DNA of 63,815 nt, counting the filler, from Octopus bimaculoides (Eukaryota): NCBI RefSeq assembly GCF_001194135.2. It is 6 parts of 6 records of this genome, joined end to end, with 100 filler letters (N's around TTAATTAATTAA, not from the genome) between each part and the next. Parts side by side here need not be neighbours in the genome. Positions count along the whole stretch, not along the records: positions 44,055 to 54,316 come from NC_068988.1; positions 54,417 to 60,062 come from NC_068996.1; positions 60,163 to 63,815 come from NC_068997.1; 3 more parts are not named here. One strand, 5' to 3'. The notes under the pieces are model-generated. The model was not told the origin of the DNA and did not search any database. It saw only the letters and a program-made list of their open reading frames with translations. Both the position numbers and the translations under genes were made by a program. Each line of letters begins with the position of its first letter. Position 1 is the stretch's first letter. This document shows positions 51,894-63,519 of the stretch, in pieces.

Positions 51894-52277
51894 AACACAC
51901 ACATAAGCACACCATTGTATGCATTTATGCATAAAACATGTGAATTTCTCTGTATACACGTATATCTGAATATATACTTATATGTACCTACATTTGTATG
52001 TTTGTGTAGATATATAAGTATATATGTGTATCTCTATGTATGTATGTGTGTACATTTGAATACGCACTCATCTCCAACCCCACATTCCAGATATTCTTTA
52101 ATATTCCACACTTCTTTCTGTGGTATATTTGAGATCTGTTCTTTCCGTCTGTTTAATTCACAGAGACACAAAGTGACAGCACGGACTGTGTTGAGTCACT
52201 GTGCACTCTCGGTGATTAAATATCTTTCTCACTTAGATGAACTGACATTGTGTTGACTAAGAACGTGTGCATCGGTC

Positions 52278-52280
52278 TAG

Positions 52281-52321
<41 letters not shown>

Positions 52322-52569
52322 GCCTGTCTACCTACCTACCTACGTACCTACCTACGTACCTACCTACCTACCTACCTACCTACCTACCTATCTATCTATC
52401 TATCTGTCTGTCTGCCTGGCTACCTGTCTGCCTGTCTAGGTACATACGTACGTACGTACCTACCTACGTACCTACGTACCTACGTACGTACGTACGTACC
52501 TCCCTACCTCCCTACCTACCTTCCTACCTACCTACCTACCTACCTACCTACCTACCTACCTACCTACCG

Positions 52570-52628
<59 letters not shown>
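52278..52628. repeat. Compound tetranucleotide microsatellite (TCTA)n/(CCTA)n/(CGTA)n/(TCTG)n
   Basis: Direct inspection. Confidence 0.95.
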
Positions 52629-52629
<1 letters not shown>

Positions 52630-53061
52630 GAAGGGGATTTAGCTGCTGTTTCTACTAAGTTCATTAACCACACTGTGTCTATGTACAAAAATGAGGAATT
52701 GAAGTGGTTCCTGCTAGCCGACCAGTCACTTCTCTAATGTTTTCTTTCTCACTTACTAAACAAAGATACAAAGTTGTCGGTTGGCTGCTAGGCGTAGTTA
52801 CCAAGTCTTCACAACATCCGTTAGAAAGTAGAAAATTCCATAAAAAGTTCTCAATACATAAGAGTCAAGAAGGTCATGGCCAGAACATCTTTAATTATAA
52901 GGATAAGGTCTGTTGGATCACGGCTGATTTGGGGTAAAACAACAACAATAATAGGTCTACGACTTTGAATTCTCCTAGCGTACTGTGTCGAAGAGATATA
53001 GGTTGGTAAATAATAAAATAACTGTTGTTGAGCTGACAATCCAGCTACGGCCATCCCATAT

Positions 53062-53791
53062 ATGGATCTTTCTGATTTGACGGGCAACACTTGTTTTCTT
53101 AACGAAACACTTTCAAACTTGGGATACTGGTAGAATGTGTCATATAAAACATCTTTTTCTCTTAGCTTTCTTAGCAAAAATTTATATATTGCAAGTTATT
53201 TCATGTTAAAGTTGTCGTATTTCTGTAATTTCAAACAATCACTGACGTCTATTCAGCTGAATACAGTTACTGCTGTTTTTATAAATAATAAATTTTTGCC
53301 GGTGTCAAGTGTGTTATTTCCTGTTTAATTATATCATTATTCCCTAGTAAGGGTTTAGGGTTTTAGGGTTAGGGTTCGGGTTTTAGAGTTAGGGTTAGGG
53401 TTTTAGGGTTAGGGTTTTAGGGTTAGGATTGGGTTTAGGGTTAGGGTTATGGTTATGAGTTATAGGGTTTTAGGGTTAGGGTTAGAGTTATGAGTGAGGT
53501 TATGGCAAAAATAAAACGGCACTAATTTTATTCAAGGGAAAAGATCCCATGACACCGTTGTTTACATTCCACGGCAGTAATTGTTTTCACCTCAATAGAC
53601 GTCAGTGATTGGTTGAAATTACCGAAATACTACAATTTTTTTTACATGAAATAACTTCGAATACAAAAAATTTTATCTGTTCTATAACACAAAATATACA
53701 AGTATACAAAGTTTGAAAGTGTTTCGGTACCAAAAACACTACATAAAACATTAATGAAAAGTGTTGCCCGTCAAATCAGAAGGATCCCCAT
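53062..53791. mobile_element. Second foldback/MITE with long TIRs and an internal TTAGGG/TTTTAGGG array
   Basis: ggatctttctgatttgacgggcaacac at the left end pairs with gtgttgcccgtcaaatcagaaggatcc at the right end. Arms are homologous to 19712-20676. Array at about 53348-53500. Confidence 0.85.
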
Positions 53792-54269
53792 TTTTTCCTA
53801 GAGGTAGTCTATTTGCTTCCTAAGCATAGTCAGTACGCAATTATATTATCATAGGCGATCTCTCCGTCTATAAAACGTAAACATGTCTGTTTTGAGGTAT
53901 ATTTGACTGCTTGTTCCATCAGGCCGAAGGACCATGTAGACGGGCAGACTATTTATATGGACGACGTAATAGAATATAAATTGGTGCCCTGTGATGTTTT
54001 ATATACGATGTTTGATTACTTCCCAGCATACATCGTGTCTACGGTTAGTTGGAGAAAGAGGTGTGGACAGAAAACAAAGTATGGTGGAGGTTTTCAGGAA
54101 TGAAGCATTTTCAAGCAGGTGTGTTGACAGGAAAGCATGAAGTGAACGTTACAGAAGCATTACAATAGATTCTTGGAATTGCAAATATGTCTTGGAGAAG
54201 GGAAGAAATAGAACAGTACTAAGCACATATACACGAAACACGCAAAGAGACAGATGCATGTATATGATA

Positions 54270-54316
<47 letters not shown>

Positions 54317-55089
54317 NNNNNNNNNNNNNNNNNNNNNNNNNNNNNNNNNNNNNNNNNNNNTTAATTAATTAANNNNNNNNNNNNNNNNNNNNNNNNNNNN
54401 NNNNNNNNNNNNNNNNAAAGAGTTGGATACATAGATTAAGTATTCTAAAATCTAATTATGCATATACATGTGTGTGTGTATGTATGTGTGTGTGCGCGCG
54501 TATGTGTGTGTTGTGTGTATGCTTGTAAGCATGTAGATATATATTCATGTCTGTCTATCTATTTGCATGCATCTATATAAGTATGCATTATTTTTTAAGT
54601 ATGTATGTATGTATGCATGTATGTGTGTATGTGTGTATGCATGTATGTATGTATGTATGTATGTATGCATGCATGCATGTATATCATTCTTCAGTTTTAT
54701 TTCAAGATTCCTTGCCAATAGAGAAAGAACCGATTTCTAACCTAGATCCAAGATTCCTTCATTGGGATTTCAACAACATCAACTGGGTATGTTTGTGCGT
54801 ATATGTGTAGATTTGTATGTTTTGTTTTATGTATGTATTCTCATGCGTATAGTTGCCTGTATAGACGTGCTCATATATACTTAAATGATAAATTTCTGGA
54901 AAGTTTTACAGATTTTTACAGTTCCAGGGAAGGCTTGGATTTGTAGTCTTTCTGTTTGTCTCTTTGTTAGTCTGTCTATTTGTCTGTCTATCTGTCTGTC
55001 TGTCTGTTTGTATGTATGTATGTATGTATATATGTATGTATTTATGTATGTATATAGTAACCTCCCACAAAAAAAAATTAACGAAGAAC

Positions 55090-55280
55090 AAACACAAGAA
55101 AAAATAGCAACGCGATGATGTGGTATTTACAAAATATTAACAGACGCTCAGGGAAGGAAAGAAAGGTAGTTTTATGTTTCGAACAAAGCTCTTCGTCAGA
55201 AACAGAAGTAGGAAAAGTTGAGAGAAAAGGAAGACAGAGGAAAAAATCGCCAACGATCCACATGTGGTTACATTTTGAAA
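55090..55280 (-). mobile_element. Penelope-like terminal-repeat fragment carrying a minimal hammerhead fold (55169-55203)
   Basis: Minus strand GTTT-CTGACGA-A-GAGC-TTT-GTTC-GAAA-C-AT-A-AAAC. The Penelope assignment is inferred from this motif; no RT sequence is visible. Confidence 0.55.
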
Positions 55281-55354
55281 TGTATGTATGTATGTATGTA
55301 TGTATGTATGTGTATGTATGTATGTATGTATGTATGTATGTATGTATGTATGTG

Positions 55355-55387
<33 letters not shown>

Positions 55388-55408
55388 GTGTGTATGTATG
55401 TATGTATG

Positions 55409-55877
55409 TGGAATGGAATGCAAGCGTTTGAAGAGGCCAGGATAACGCAAGCAAGACTCAAAAGATATTTAAGGAAGAATGTAAAGATCGAGAAGGTGAA
55501 TGACAAGGACCTTTTTGTGTGCACAGTCTGCGACAGACCATGCCTGTCTTTGGCTGGCCTCAAATCTCACCTGCGAACCCATGGAAAACAAACTTCAACC
55601 AGCTATTCTGACTATATGTCTGTGCACACGTTTGAATGTGGTGTATGCCAGAAGGCTTGCAAATCCAATGGAGGTCTTAAAAGACATGTTAGGATCCACA
55701 ATGAGCAGAACTTACTTGCAGGTATTGGCAGTGCAAATCAGAGGTGCAATCTGTGTGGGTGTTTTTTTTTTTTCAGAACATTGTCTGGTTTAAAAAGCCA
55801 CATCAGACGCCATGATGGGCTAAGGTGTAGGTACAGGAGGTGGTCAAACTCTGTATAAGGAGTAGTCAACCACCATA
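55409..55877 (+). mobile_element. LINE (RTE/RTE-X-like) 3' end encoding three tandem C2H2 zinc fingers
   Basis: FEEARITQARLKRYLRK (typical of an RTE-type ORF2 C-terminus), then CTVCDRPCLSLAGLKSHLRTH, CGVCQKACKSNGGLKRHVRIH and CNLCGC..RTLSGLKSHIRRH. Bounded by (TATG)n on both sides. Second copy at 12395-12676. Confidence 0.75.
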
Positions 55878-56184
55878 GTATGTATGTGTGTGTTTGTGTG
55901 TTTATGTATGTATGTATGTATGTATGTATGTATGTGCGCATGTGAAAAAGTTTCGGAACAGAACGATCCAACGGGATAGTTGAAGAATACAGTATATATA
56001 ATGTAAGTTTAATACTAAAAGAAAAATAAGGAATGAAAGGGTTTTACCTTTCGTGTTTCAAAGAAAAGCAAGAAAGGAACAGAGTTACGAGTGAATTAAT
56101 GTAGCATGTGGTGAAATGAGTGGTGAAGAGAAGAGTATGGAAAAATATTAATGTTTCACATCCAAGAGTTAATCAAGGGAGATA

Positions 56185-56525
56185 ATAGGTGAGTGAATTG
56201 TTGGAACTCCGTCGCTTACAACGTCGAGGGTTCCGGTTGATCCGATCAACGGAACAGCCTGCTCGTGAAATTAACGTGCAAGTGGCTGAGCACTCCACAG
56301 ACACGTGTACCCATAACGTCGTTCTCGGGGATATTCAGCGTGACACAGAGTGACAAGGCTGGCCATTTGAATTACAGGCACAACAGAAACAGGAAGTATG
56401 AGTGAGAGAAAGTTGTGGTGAAAGAGTACAGCAGGGTTCGCCACCATCCCCTACCGGAGCCTCGCGGAGCTTTTAGTGTTTTCGCTCAATAAACACTCAC
56501 AACGCCCGGTCTGGGAATCGAAAGG
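56185..56525 (-). mobile_element. SINE family D-related element, head truncated
   Basis: Minus strand starts at ttcgattcccagaccgggcgttgtgagtgtttattgagcgaaaacact (B-box plus CORE-like block). 3' hairpin gttccggttgatccgatcaacggaac at about 56232-56257. Confidence 0.7.
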
Positions 56526-57617
56526 TGAGTGAATACTTCAGATGTAAACAGGTTTTAAGTCTAGTTGAGTGTGGGTGAGCGATTGAGTAGGCGTTGATGT
56601 AGATGAGTGTGTGAGTGCGTGCTCGTGCGTGCGTTCAAACTGATGAGGGCGAGTTATATCTATGTGAGGAAAGTGTGAGAGAGTGCAGAGGTGTATTCAA
56701 TGTGTTGCAGAGGTATGTGTGTGGTATGAGTGGTGTGTAATGAATGGAAACATGGTGGTGTATAAATACAGCTGTTGTAACTGAAAAATCTTGGTGCACG
56801 AATGTGTCGATGTTATGTGTCTACAAATAGGTGCGGAATAAGGTTCCTTACTGCGTTGGGTAGTGGACGGAAGCGAAGCGAGGTGGTGTGTACAAGAGGT
56901 GAATGGGAATGAGGCGGTGTTTGTATATAACTTATAAATGCAACATCTTGCCGTGCGAGTATATGTATGCGAGAGTGTAGGCGTGCAACATGTGTATGTG
57001 TGTTTGTATGTGTGTGTGGTCGTATGTAAATAACGAAAGGCAAATCGGTTGTTTATCGTATATGGATATGGTGTTCCATAACGGAAAATAGAATATTTGC
57101 ATTGTAACTGATATGTGGGAAAATTGTGAACTAGGACAATTCTGGAAACAAAAGGGTGTAGAGAAATAGAATTTTAGTCAAGCAAGAGAAAGAGGTGGAC
57201 TACAAATGACTTGGCATTGTGAACCAGGACACCGTCCCAAAGTTGTTCGGTTCGTTAAGTCTCGGACAAGTCTCACCTGCATGCAATTAACCGGAGAGTC
57301 AGCAATTAATATAGAAAACCTTGGTTCACGATGGTATGACTGAGCTGGTCCGTGACGAGGAAGGAAATGTCTTTGGATCCTGTTAGATTGGTTGTGTTCA
57401 CAATAAAGGGAGAGATAAGGAGTTGCGAAGTCGTGCAGATTATGTAAGGGATATTAATGACCTGTAGGAACACCGTATTTCGTTATGCAACCCTAATATA
57501 CTACAAAGTATATTAAATGCTTCATAAGTCTAAACTGTGTCCTACTCTGTTAGCAGTGCTACTACATCATTTGTTAAGGTTATCTCCATAGATTTTTCTA
57601 TAGGGATTAGAGTCAGC

Positions 57618-57964
57618 ATTGATTTGTTACGACGTTTCGTATCCGAGACGCTTGATGTAAGTAACATTGAGATCGAAGATGGAAAATGGATAATGGGCAT
57701 CTATGCCGCATTTCAGGAATTTTTTCTCCTTCATCAACACCCATCCAATCCATTAACCATCCACGAATTCAATGCTAAAATACCCATTATATATGGCGTT
57801 GTGATATTATTGGATATTCTAATTTTACACTTATTAAGGTGCTGATAAAGGAGCAAAGATTCATTAAATGTCATATATGACCATTATCCATTTTTCATCT
57901 TCGATCTCATTGTTGTTGTTTACATCAAGCGTCTCGGATTCGAAACGTCTTAACAAAATTAGTG
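57618..57964. mobile_element. MITE with about 80-bp TIRs
   Basis: gatttgttacgacgtttcgtatccgagacgcttgatgtaa...gagatcgaagatggaaaatggataatgg is inverted at about 57880-57960. Confidence 0.8.
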
Positions 57965-58002
57965 TTACTATTTTTAAATCTCACAACGCGAGATATTCAG
58001 CA

Positions 58003-58291
58003 ACAGTACTTTGTAGTAAAGAGTGTTTGCCAACATAACATGGCAGTCCTGGTTTTTAGGACTAATGTTGCTGTAATTTAGCCCCTATACGACACGATCT
58101 ATTTTGAGCTGCGATATTGTTTTGAGCTGAGTGGGGGTGCTAGATTCCCTTGTTTGAAAATATAAGGACACACATCGTGTCGTATAGCCAGCTGGAGATG
58201 ATGTCTCCTGGGGCTAAATTGCAGCAACATTAGTCCTAAAGCCAAGACTGCCATGTTATGTTGGCAAACAATCTATACTACAAAATCAGTG
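58003..58291. mobile_element. MITE with about 90-110-bp TIRs
   Basis: tttgtagtaaagagtgtttgccaacataacatggcagtcc...gttgctgtaatttagcccc-tatacgacacgat is inverted at about 58172-58285. Confidence 0.85.
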
Positions 58292-58486
58292 TTGGCTCTA
58301 ATTTCTATAGAGAATCTGTAGAGATAACCTTAACAAATTACGTAAGGATTGGGTATATTTGGTGAAGAGGTGGCAAATGACGATCTCGATTCGGTGAGTC
58401 AGATGTGCTGTAGAATAATACACTGGAAAGGTACTAAAATACTATGTTCGCTGAGGGAAAAATATAGGCTGTTGATAGTGAAGTGA

Positions 58487-58705
58487 ATATGAGATTATAG
58501 AGCGAAGTTGCAGTGAATACTACGGACTCAGGTGTCTACTGCACCTCGGTGAGACAAGTGTATATGAGACTATAGGGTGAAGTTGCAGTGGATATTGCGG
58601 ACTCAGGTGTCTACTGCACCTCGGTGAGACAAGTGTATATGAGACTATAGGGTGAAGTTGCAGTGAATACTGCGGACTCAGGTGTCTACTGCACCCCGGT
58701 GACAC
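58487..58705. repeat. 75-bp tandem repeat x about 3
   Basis: Units start at 58487, 58562 and 58637 (atatgagactatagggtgaagttgcagtgaatactgcggactcaggtgtctactgcacctcggtgagacaagtgt). Confidence 0.92.
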
Positions 58706-60167
58706 AACATCGACTATTAACGGAACATATGAGGCGAAGTCGAGGAAAGAATGGCAATCGTAGACTTTGTAAAATATAGAAATGGTAATGATGAGTTGAA
58801 TATGCCTGAAAGCCAATACATATAGGGGGCTTGGTAGTTATGAAACTCAAGGGAAGGATGGGAAGCGTTCACAAGTGTTGTGAAAAGTCTGAGCTGTTTA
58901 CGGTCGAGAGAAATTGCGCCGATATAATTGCGAGATGTAAAGATTGTATAGTTGTGAGAGGGTTCGGTGAACAAGGAGATTGGGACGTAAACGTAATCAG
59001 TAAACAAGTTAGTATAGATAGGGTAGATCCTGGTTAACAATGTTATACTAGTGGCCTGTTCGTGGGTCTCACCGGAAAAGGAATTGCAGATGAAGATGAG
59101 GAAGCCTTCGGTGCTTTCAAGGAGTGTCATGATTCTGAGATTGATAGTAGTGCAACGTCTGTGAAAGTACATGATTGTAAGTAAATAGACCTTGTGCGGA
59201 TGATAAAAATAGGACTTGATGTTCATAGCCAACTTGATTTGAAAAGAAAAGAAAAACAGACAGAAGTTGAAGTGGTACAGAACGTGGTTTGCGGGAACAG
59301 TAAGAACAGGTGAGAGAATTAGGTCTCCGTATATGTACGCATGCATTTGTATGTATGTATGTATGTATGTATGTACGTATGGATGTATGCGTGTATGTAT
59401 GTATGCTTGTATGTATGTGTGTATGTATGCATGTATGTATGTTTGTATGTATGTACATGTACATATATATATATATATATATATGTATGTGTATATATAT
59501 ATATATATNNNNNNNNNNNNNNNNNNNNNNNNNNNNNNNNNNNNNNNNNNNNNNNNNNNNNNNNNNNNNNNNNNNNTATATAAGGGCGATTTTTAAGCTA
59601 GCTCCTGTGGAGGGCTCTCCATTAGGCCTTGGGCCCAACTATGGCAATTCATGCATTAAGTACGTATTAAATTTTAATAAACTTGACCAATATTTTTCAA
59701 GCAATGAACAATTTTCATCAAAACAATGATATAATATGTTGACTTGGAACTTATTGCAAAGCTGCAAGATAAACAACAGTACCACCACCATCGCAACCAT
59801 ATCCATCATACACACACTATGCAGACCTGTGACGCCACCACCATCAATACCTTTGACTTCCCCGCCTTTCCCTCCACCACCATCACTACTGGCTTTCATA
59901 TCGCTTACTCTCACCGTCATCCCTGACCGCCTCGGCTACCACCACCACCACCACCACCATCATCACCGCCATCTCCGCCACTATCACAACTACAGCTCAT
60001 ACTATTACTATCACCCCATAACCATCACAAAAAGGCTAAATGTGTGTATTCGATCAGTATGCNNNNNNNNNNNNNNNNNNNNNNNNNNNNNNNNNNNNNN
60101 NNNNNNTTAATTAATTAANNNNNNNNNNNNNNNNNNNNNNNNNNNNNNNNNNNNNNNNNNNNTATAT

Positions 60168-60208
<41 letters not shown>

Positions 60209-60270
60209 ACAGACAGCTAGATACACAGACAGCTAGATAGATGGATAGATAGAGGGATAGGTAGATGGAC

Positions 60271-60322
<52 letters not shown>

Positions 60323-60491
60323 GGATGGATGGATAGATAGATAGATAGATGGATAGATAGACAGACAGAGAGATAGTTATTGATAGATAGATACATACAT
60401 ACATATATTGACAAAAAGATAAATAGATATATTTGTACATATACATACATATTTTTGAACGTATAAACACATTGTATATAAATATTATATA

Positions 60492-60712
60492 GGAGGGGGT
60501 GCCGTTAAGTTCCTAGGTTTGGGTAAAAGAAAATACTGGCGGATCAGTTAATTATGACTTTTATTCAACATAATCCATTCCACTCAGATTCACACACTTA
60601 TTACAGCGGTCCTTCAGTTTTTCTAAGCCCTGTAAAGAAACTCAGAAGTTTGGGCCTCCAACCAGGCCTTTCGCGACACCCTTAAAGCCAGGAACCTTTC
60701 AGCACCTCCTCC
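60492..60712. mobile_element. mariner-type MITE
   Basis: TA|GGAGGGGGTGCCGTTAAGTTCCTAGGTTT ... AAAGCCAGGAACCTTTCAGCACCTCCTCC|TA: inverted termini with TA on both sides. Confidence 0.8.
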
Positions 60713-60888
60713 TATGTCTATACACACACACACACACACGCATATATATATGTACGTATATCTATATATAAGTACGTATATCTCTATGCGTATGTATGTA
60801 TGTATGTATGTGCGTGTACATGTATAACGAGATTTAACAAGGTACTCGAGTCACAATCGAAATCATATAAAAAACAACTTTTACTCAC

Positions 60889-63487
60889 CAGAGGATGGGC
60901 GATCCGAGTATCGGGTACAGAACACCCAGGCCGGGTATTTAAATGAATTATGATCACTTTCACTATTATTATTATCATTATTATTTTCATTATTGTTATT
61001 ATCATTATTATTATTTTTATTATTTTTATTATTATTGCTTATTTTGTTAATATTATTAATTATTGGCGCTTTTGTGAATTCTCTGTTTTTGTGAAGTTGT
61101 AAAGATTCTGTAGAAGTTCCGAGTCCTGTTGAAGAGGGTTCTGTAAATAATGATGATGATGTTGGTGGTGATGATGACAAAGATGATGATGATGACGACG
61201 ACGATGATGATGACGATGATGATGACGATGATGACGACAGCGACGACGAAAACGAATGAAACGATGACGATAATAAAGACAACGATGACAACGAAGACGA
61301 AGATAACAATAACGATGATGACGATGATGACGATGATGATGATGACGGTGGTGGTGGTAACGATGGAGAAGGTGTGATTTCGCAGTCATCTTTTTTAGAC
61401 TTTTCCGATAACTGAGACGCGGTTTCGAACCCGTTATAGCAAGCATAGCAATTGTCTTTGGTTTTACGGTGGATCGAACCTTGCACCTGTTTGATGGAAG
61501 CAATGAAATTGTCCTCAGATTTTCTGAAATGATTCTTGTAATTGCCATTGTTGTCGCCTTCGTTGTTGTTCTTGTTGTTCTTGCTGTGTTTCCTGTCAAA
61601 TCCTTTAAAATTTTGACCAAATTCCGGTTTAAGAATGTCTGCAATTAAAAAGTTGGTGAACCTTTTCGTGATTTCAGCGTTTGTAGTAGCCGTACTGATG
61701 TTTGTATTGGCGCCAGTGTTGCTGTGATTGTGGTGGTGGTGGTGGTGGTGGTGGTGGTGTTTGTGACGGTCAACTACTGGCGGTGGCGTTAGCAGTCGAT
61801 GGCTATTGCCGTCGCCTTTAGCCATCACGTCCTCTCCTCCGCCCGCACCTCCGCCTCCTCCGTTTACGGACCTCATCTCATCTGCGTCTCCCACAACTAA
61901 CTTACGGATGCCGACAACGTCTCTGCCGCCGCCGCCGCCGCTGCTGCTGCTGCTGCTACTACAGCTGCTACTGCTGTCGGTATTGTTGCTGCTGCTGTTG
62001 TTTTTGTTGTTGTTGTTGTTGTTGTAGTCGTCGCTGCCGCCGACGCCGATGCTGCAGTCTGTGTCGTCTGCGTCGCCGCCGTCGTCGTTGTAGTCATGTC
62101 GCTGTGATTGGCCGCTGCCGCCGCCGCCGCCGCCGCCGAGGCGGTAATTCTGCTGGCGATGACGACGAGCATGATGCTGCTGCTGATGATGATGCTGATG
62201 ATGGTTACGATGATGCGGAGGATGCGCGGAAAGAGAATGATGATGACGATGCCGTTGTTGTTGTTGTTGCTGCTGTCGTTGGACGATGGGACTTATGTGA
62301 TGAAGGAGATGACGGGGATGAGGATGGGGCGGAACATGACCGGAAGTGAGATAACTATAACGACGATGATGATGATGATTGTGAAGATGATGATGATGAT
62401 GATGATGATAGCGATGGCGATGCTGGCGGCGAAAATTATGCATAACGTTGTTATTGTTTTTGTTGTTGACAGACAACACAAGACGATGGGGTTGTCGGTG
62501 GTGGTGGTCATGGTGGCCGCTGTTGTTGTGTTGTAACGATTTTACTGTGTTTGTGGTTGTTGTTGTATCGGTGTTCATATCAGTGTTGTTGTTGGTGGTG
62601 TTGTTGTCTGTGGCACTGGTGTCCAGAGCCTTGACCTCACCACTATCACGTGCAGCAGCATTACTTTCCGTAGTCTCCTCCTCCTCCACTTGACGGCCAC
62701 ACAGACTGCGCTTGGTCACCTCCTCTTCGTCCTGTCTTTCGTTATCGTAGTCACTATTATCGACGTGATAGTCACATGGAGTGCCGCTACTACTTTTTCC
62801 TTCGAAGTCACTGTCCACCTGACAATCTTCTTTTTCTTCTTCAACACCTTCTCCTTCTCTTCTTCTTCCTTCTTCTTCGCCTTCTTCTTCTTTCCCTTCT
62901 TCTTTCCCTTGTTCTTCATCCTCACAATTCATCTTCTCACAACCGTCGAAGAAATCAGAATCGTTCGCAACCTCCATCGCCTTCTTCCCCACCGTGGGGC
63001 TCAAACGCGGGTCGGGGTCTTCGGAATACGGACTGGCACCGTAAGTCGGGTCGTCACGGTTCAGGTGAACATTAGTGTCGGAATCACAAGCGGCGAGTTG
63101 AAGCATAGCGGCGGTCTTCATGCTGTTGATGTTGATGATGCTGTGATTGTTCGGGGGTAATTCCAGGTGGATAGGTTGGTGGTGGTGGTGGTGATGGTGA
63201 TAGGTCGCCGCCAAAGGGATCAGATTGTTTTGGTAAGCAGTGAAGGAAGACGAAGAATTAGCAGAAGAAGAAGAAGAAGAAGAAGAAGAAGAAGAAGAAG
63301 GATAGGGAAAATACGGGTAGGTATAAGAATAGGTATATGAATAAGGGTACGATATATAAGATGTATAGGGGTAGTATGTGTGGTGGATATGTGCGGCGTG
63401 AGCTTTGGTGAAATAGCCACCTGCCGAAGATCGAACCAGCTTCGCTAGGCTACCGCTGCTCCTGTTTTCGTCGTCCTCATCCGGCAT
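60889..63487 (-). CDS. en: engrailed, first coding exon (866 codons + 1 nt); homeobox exon not found in the window
   Basis: EH1 motif FTNFLIADILKPEFG (about 61616-61660) and EH2 motif YPAWVFCTRYSDRPSSG (60889-60937), followed by a phase-1 donor G|GTGAGT at the intron position conserved in engrailed genes. The start codon is taken as the first ATG of the ORF. Confidence 0.9.
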
Positions 63488-63519
63488 AGTGTTTCTGAGT
63501 TGTGTGGTTGTTGTGAAAC

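Noticed and set aside
57925-57955. cgaaacgtc motif in the MITE arms, and similar motifs near 45140 and 47385
   Set aside because: No CUGANGA core at the required position.
58487-58705. CRISPR-like array
   Set aside because: The units are contiguous with no unique spacers, and the context is eukaryotic.
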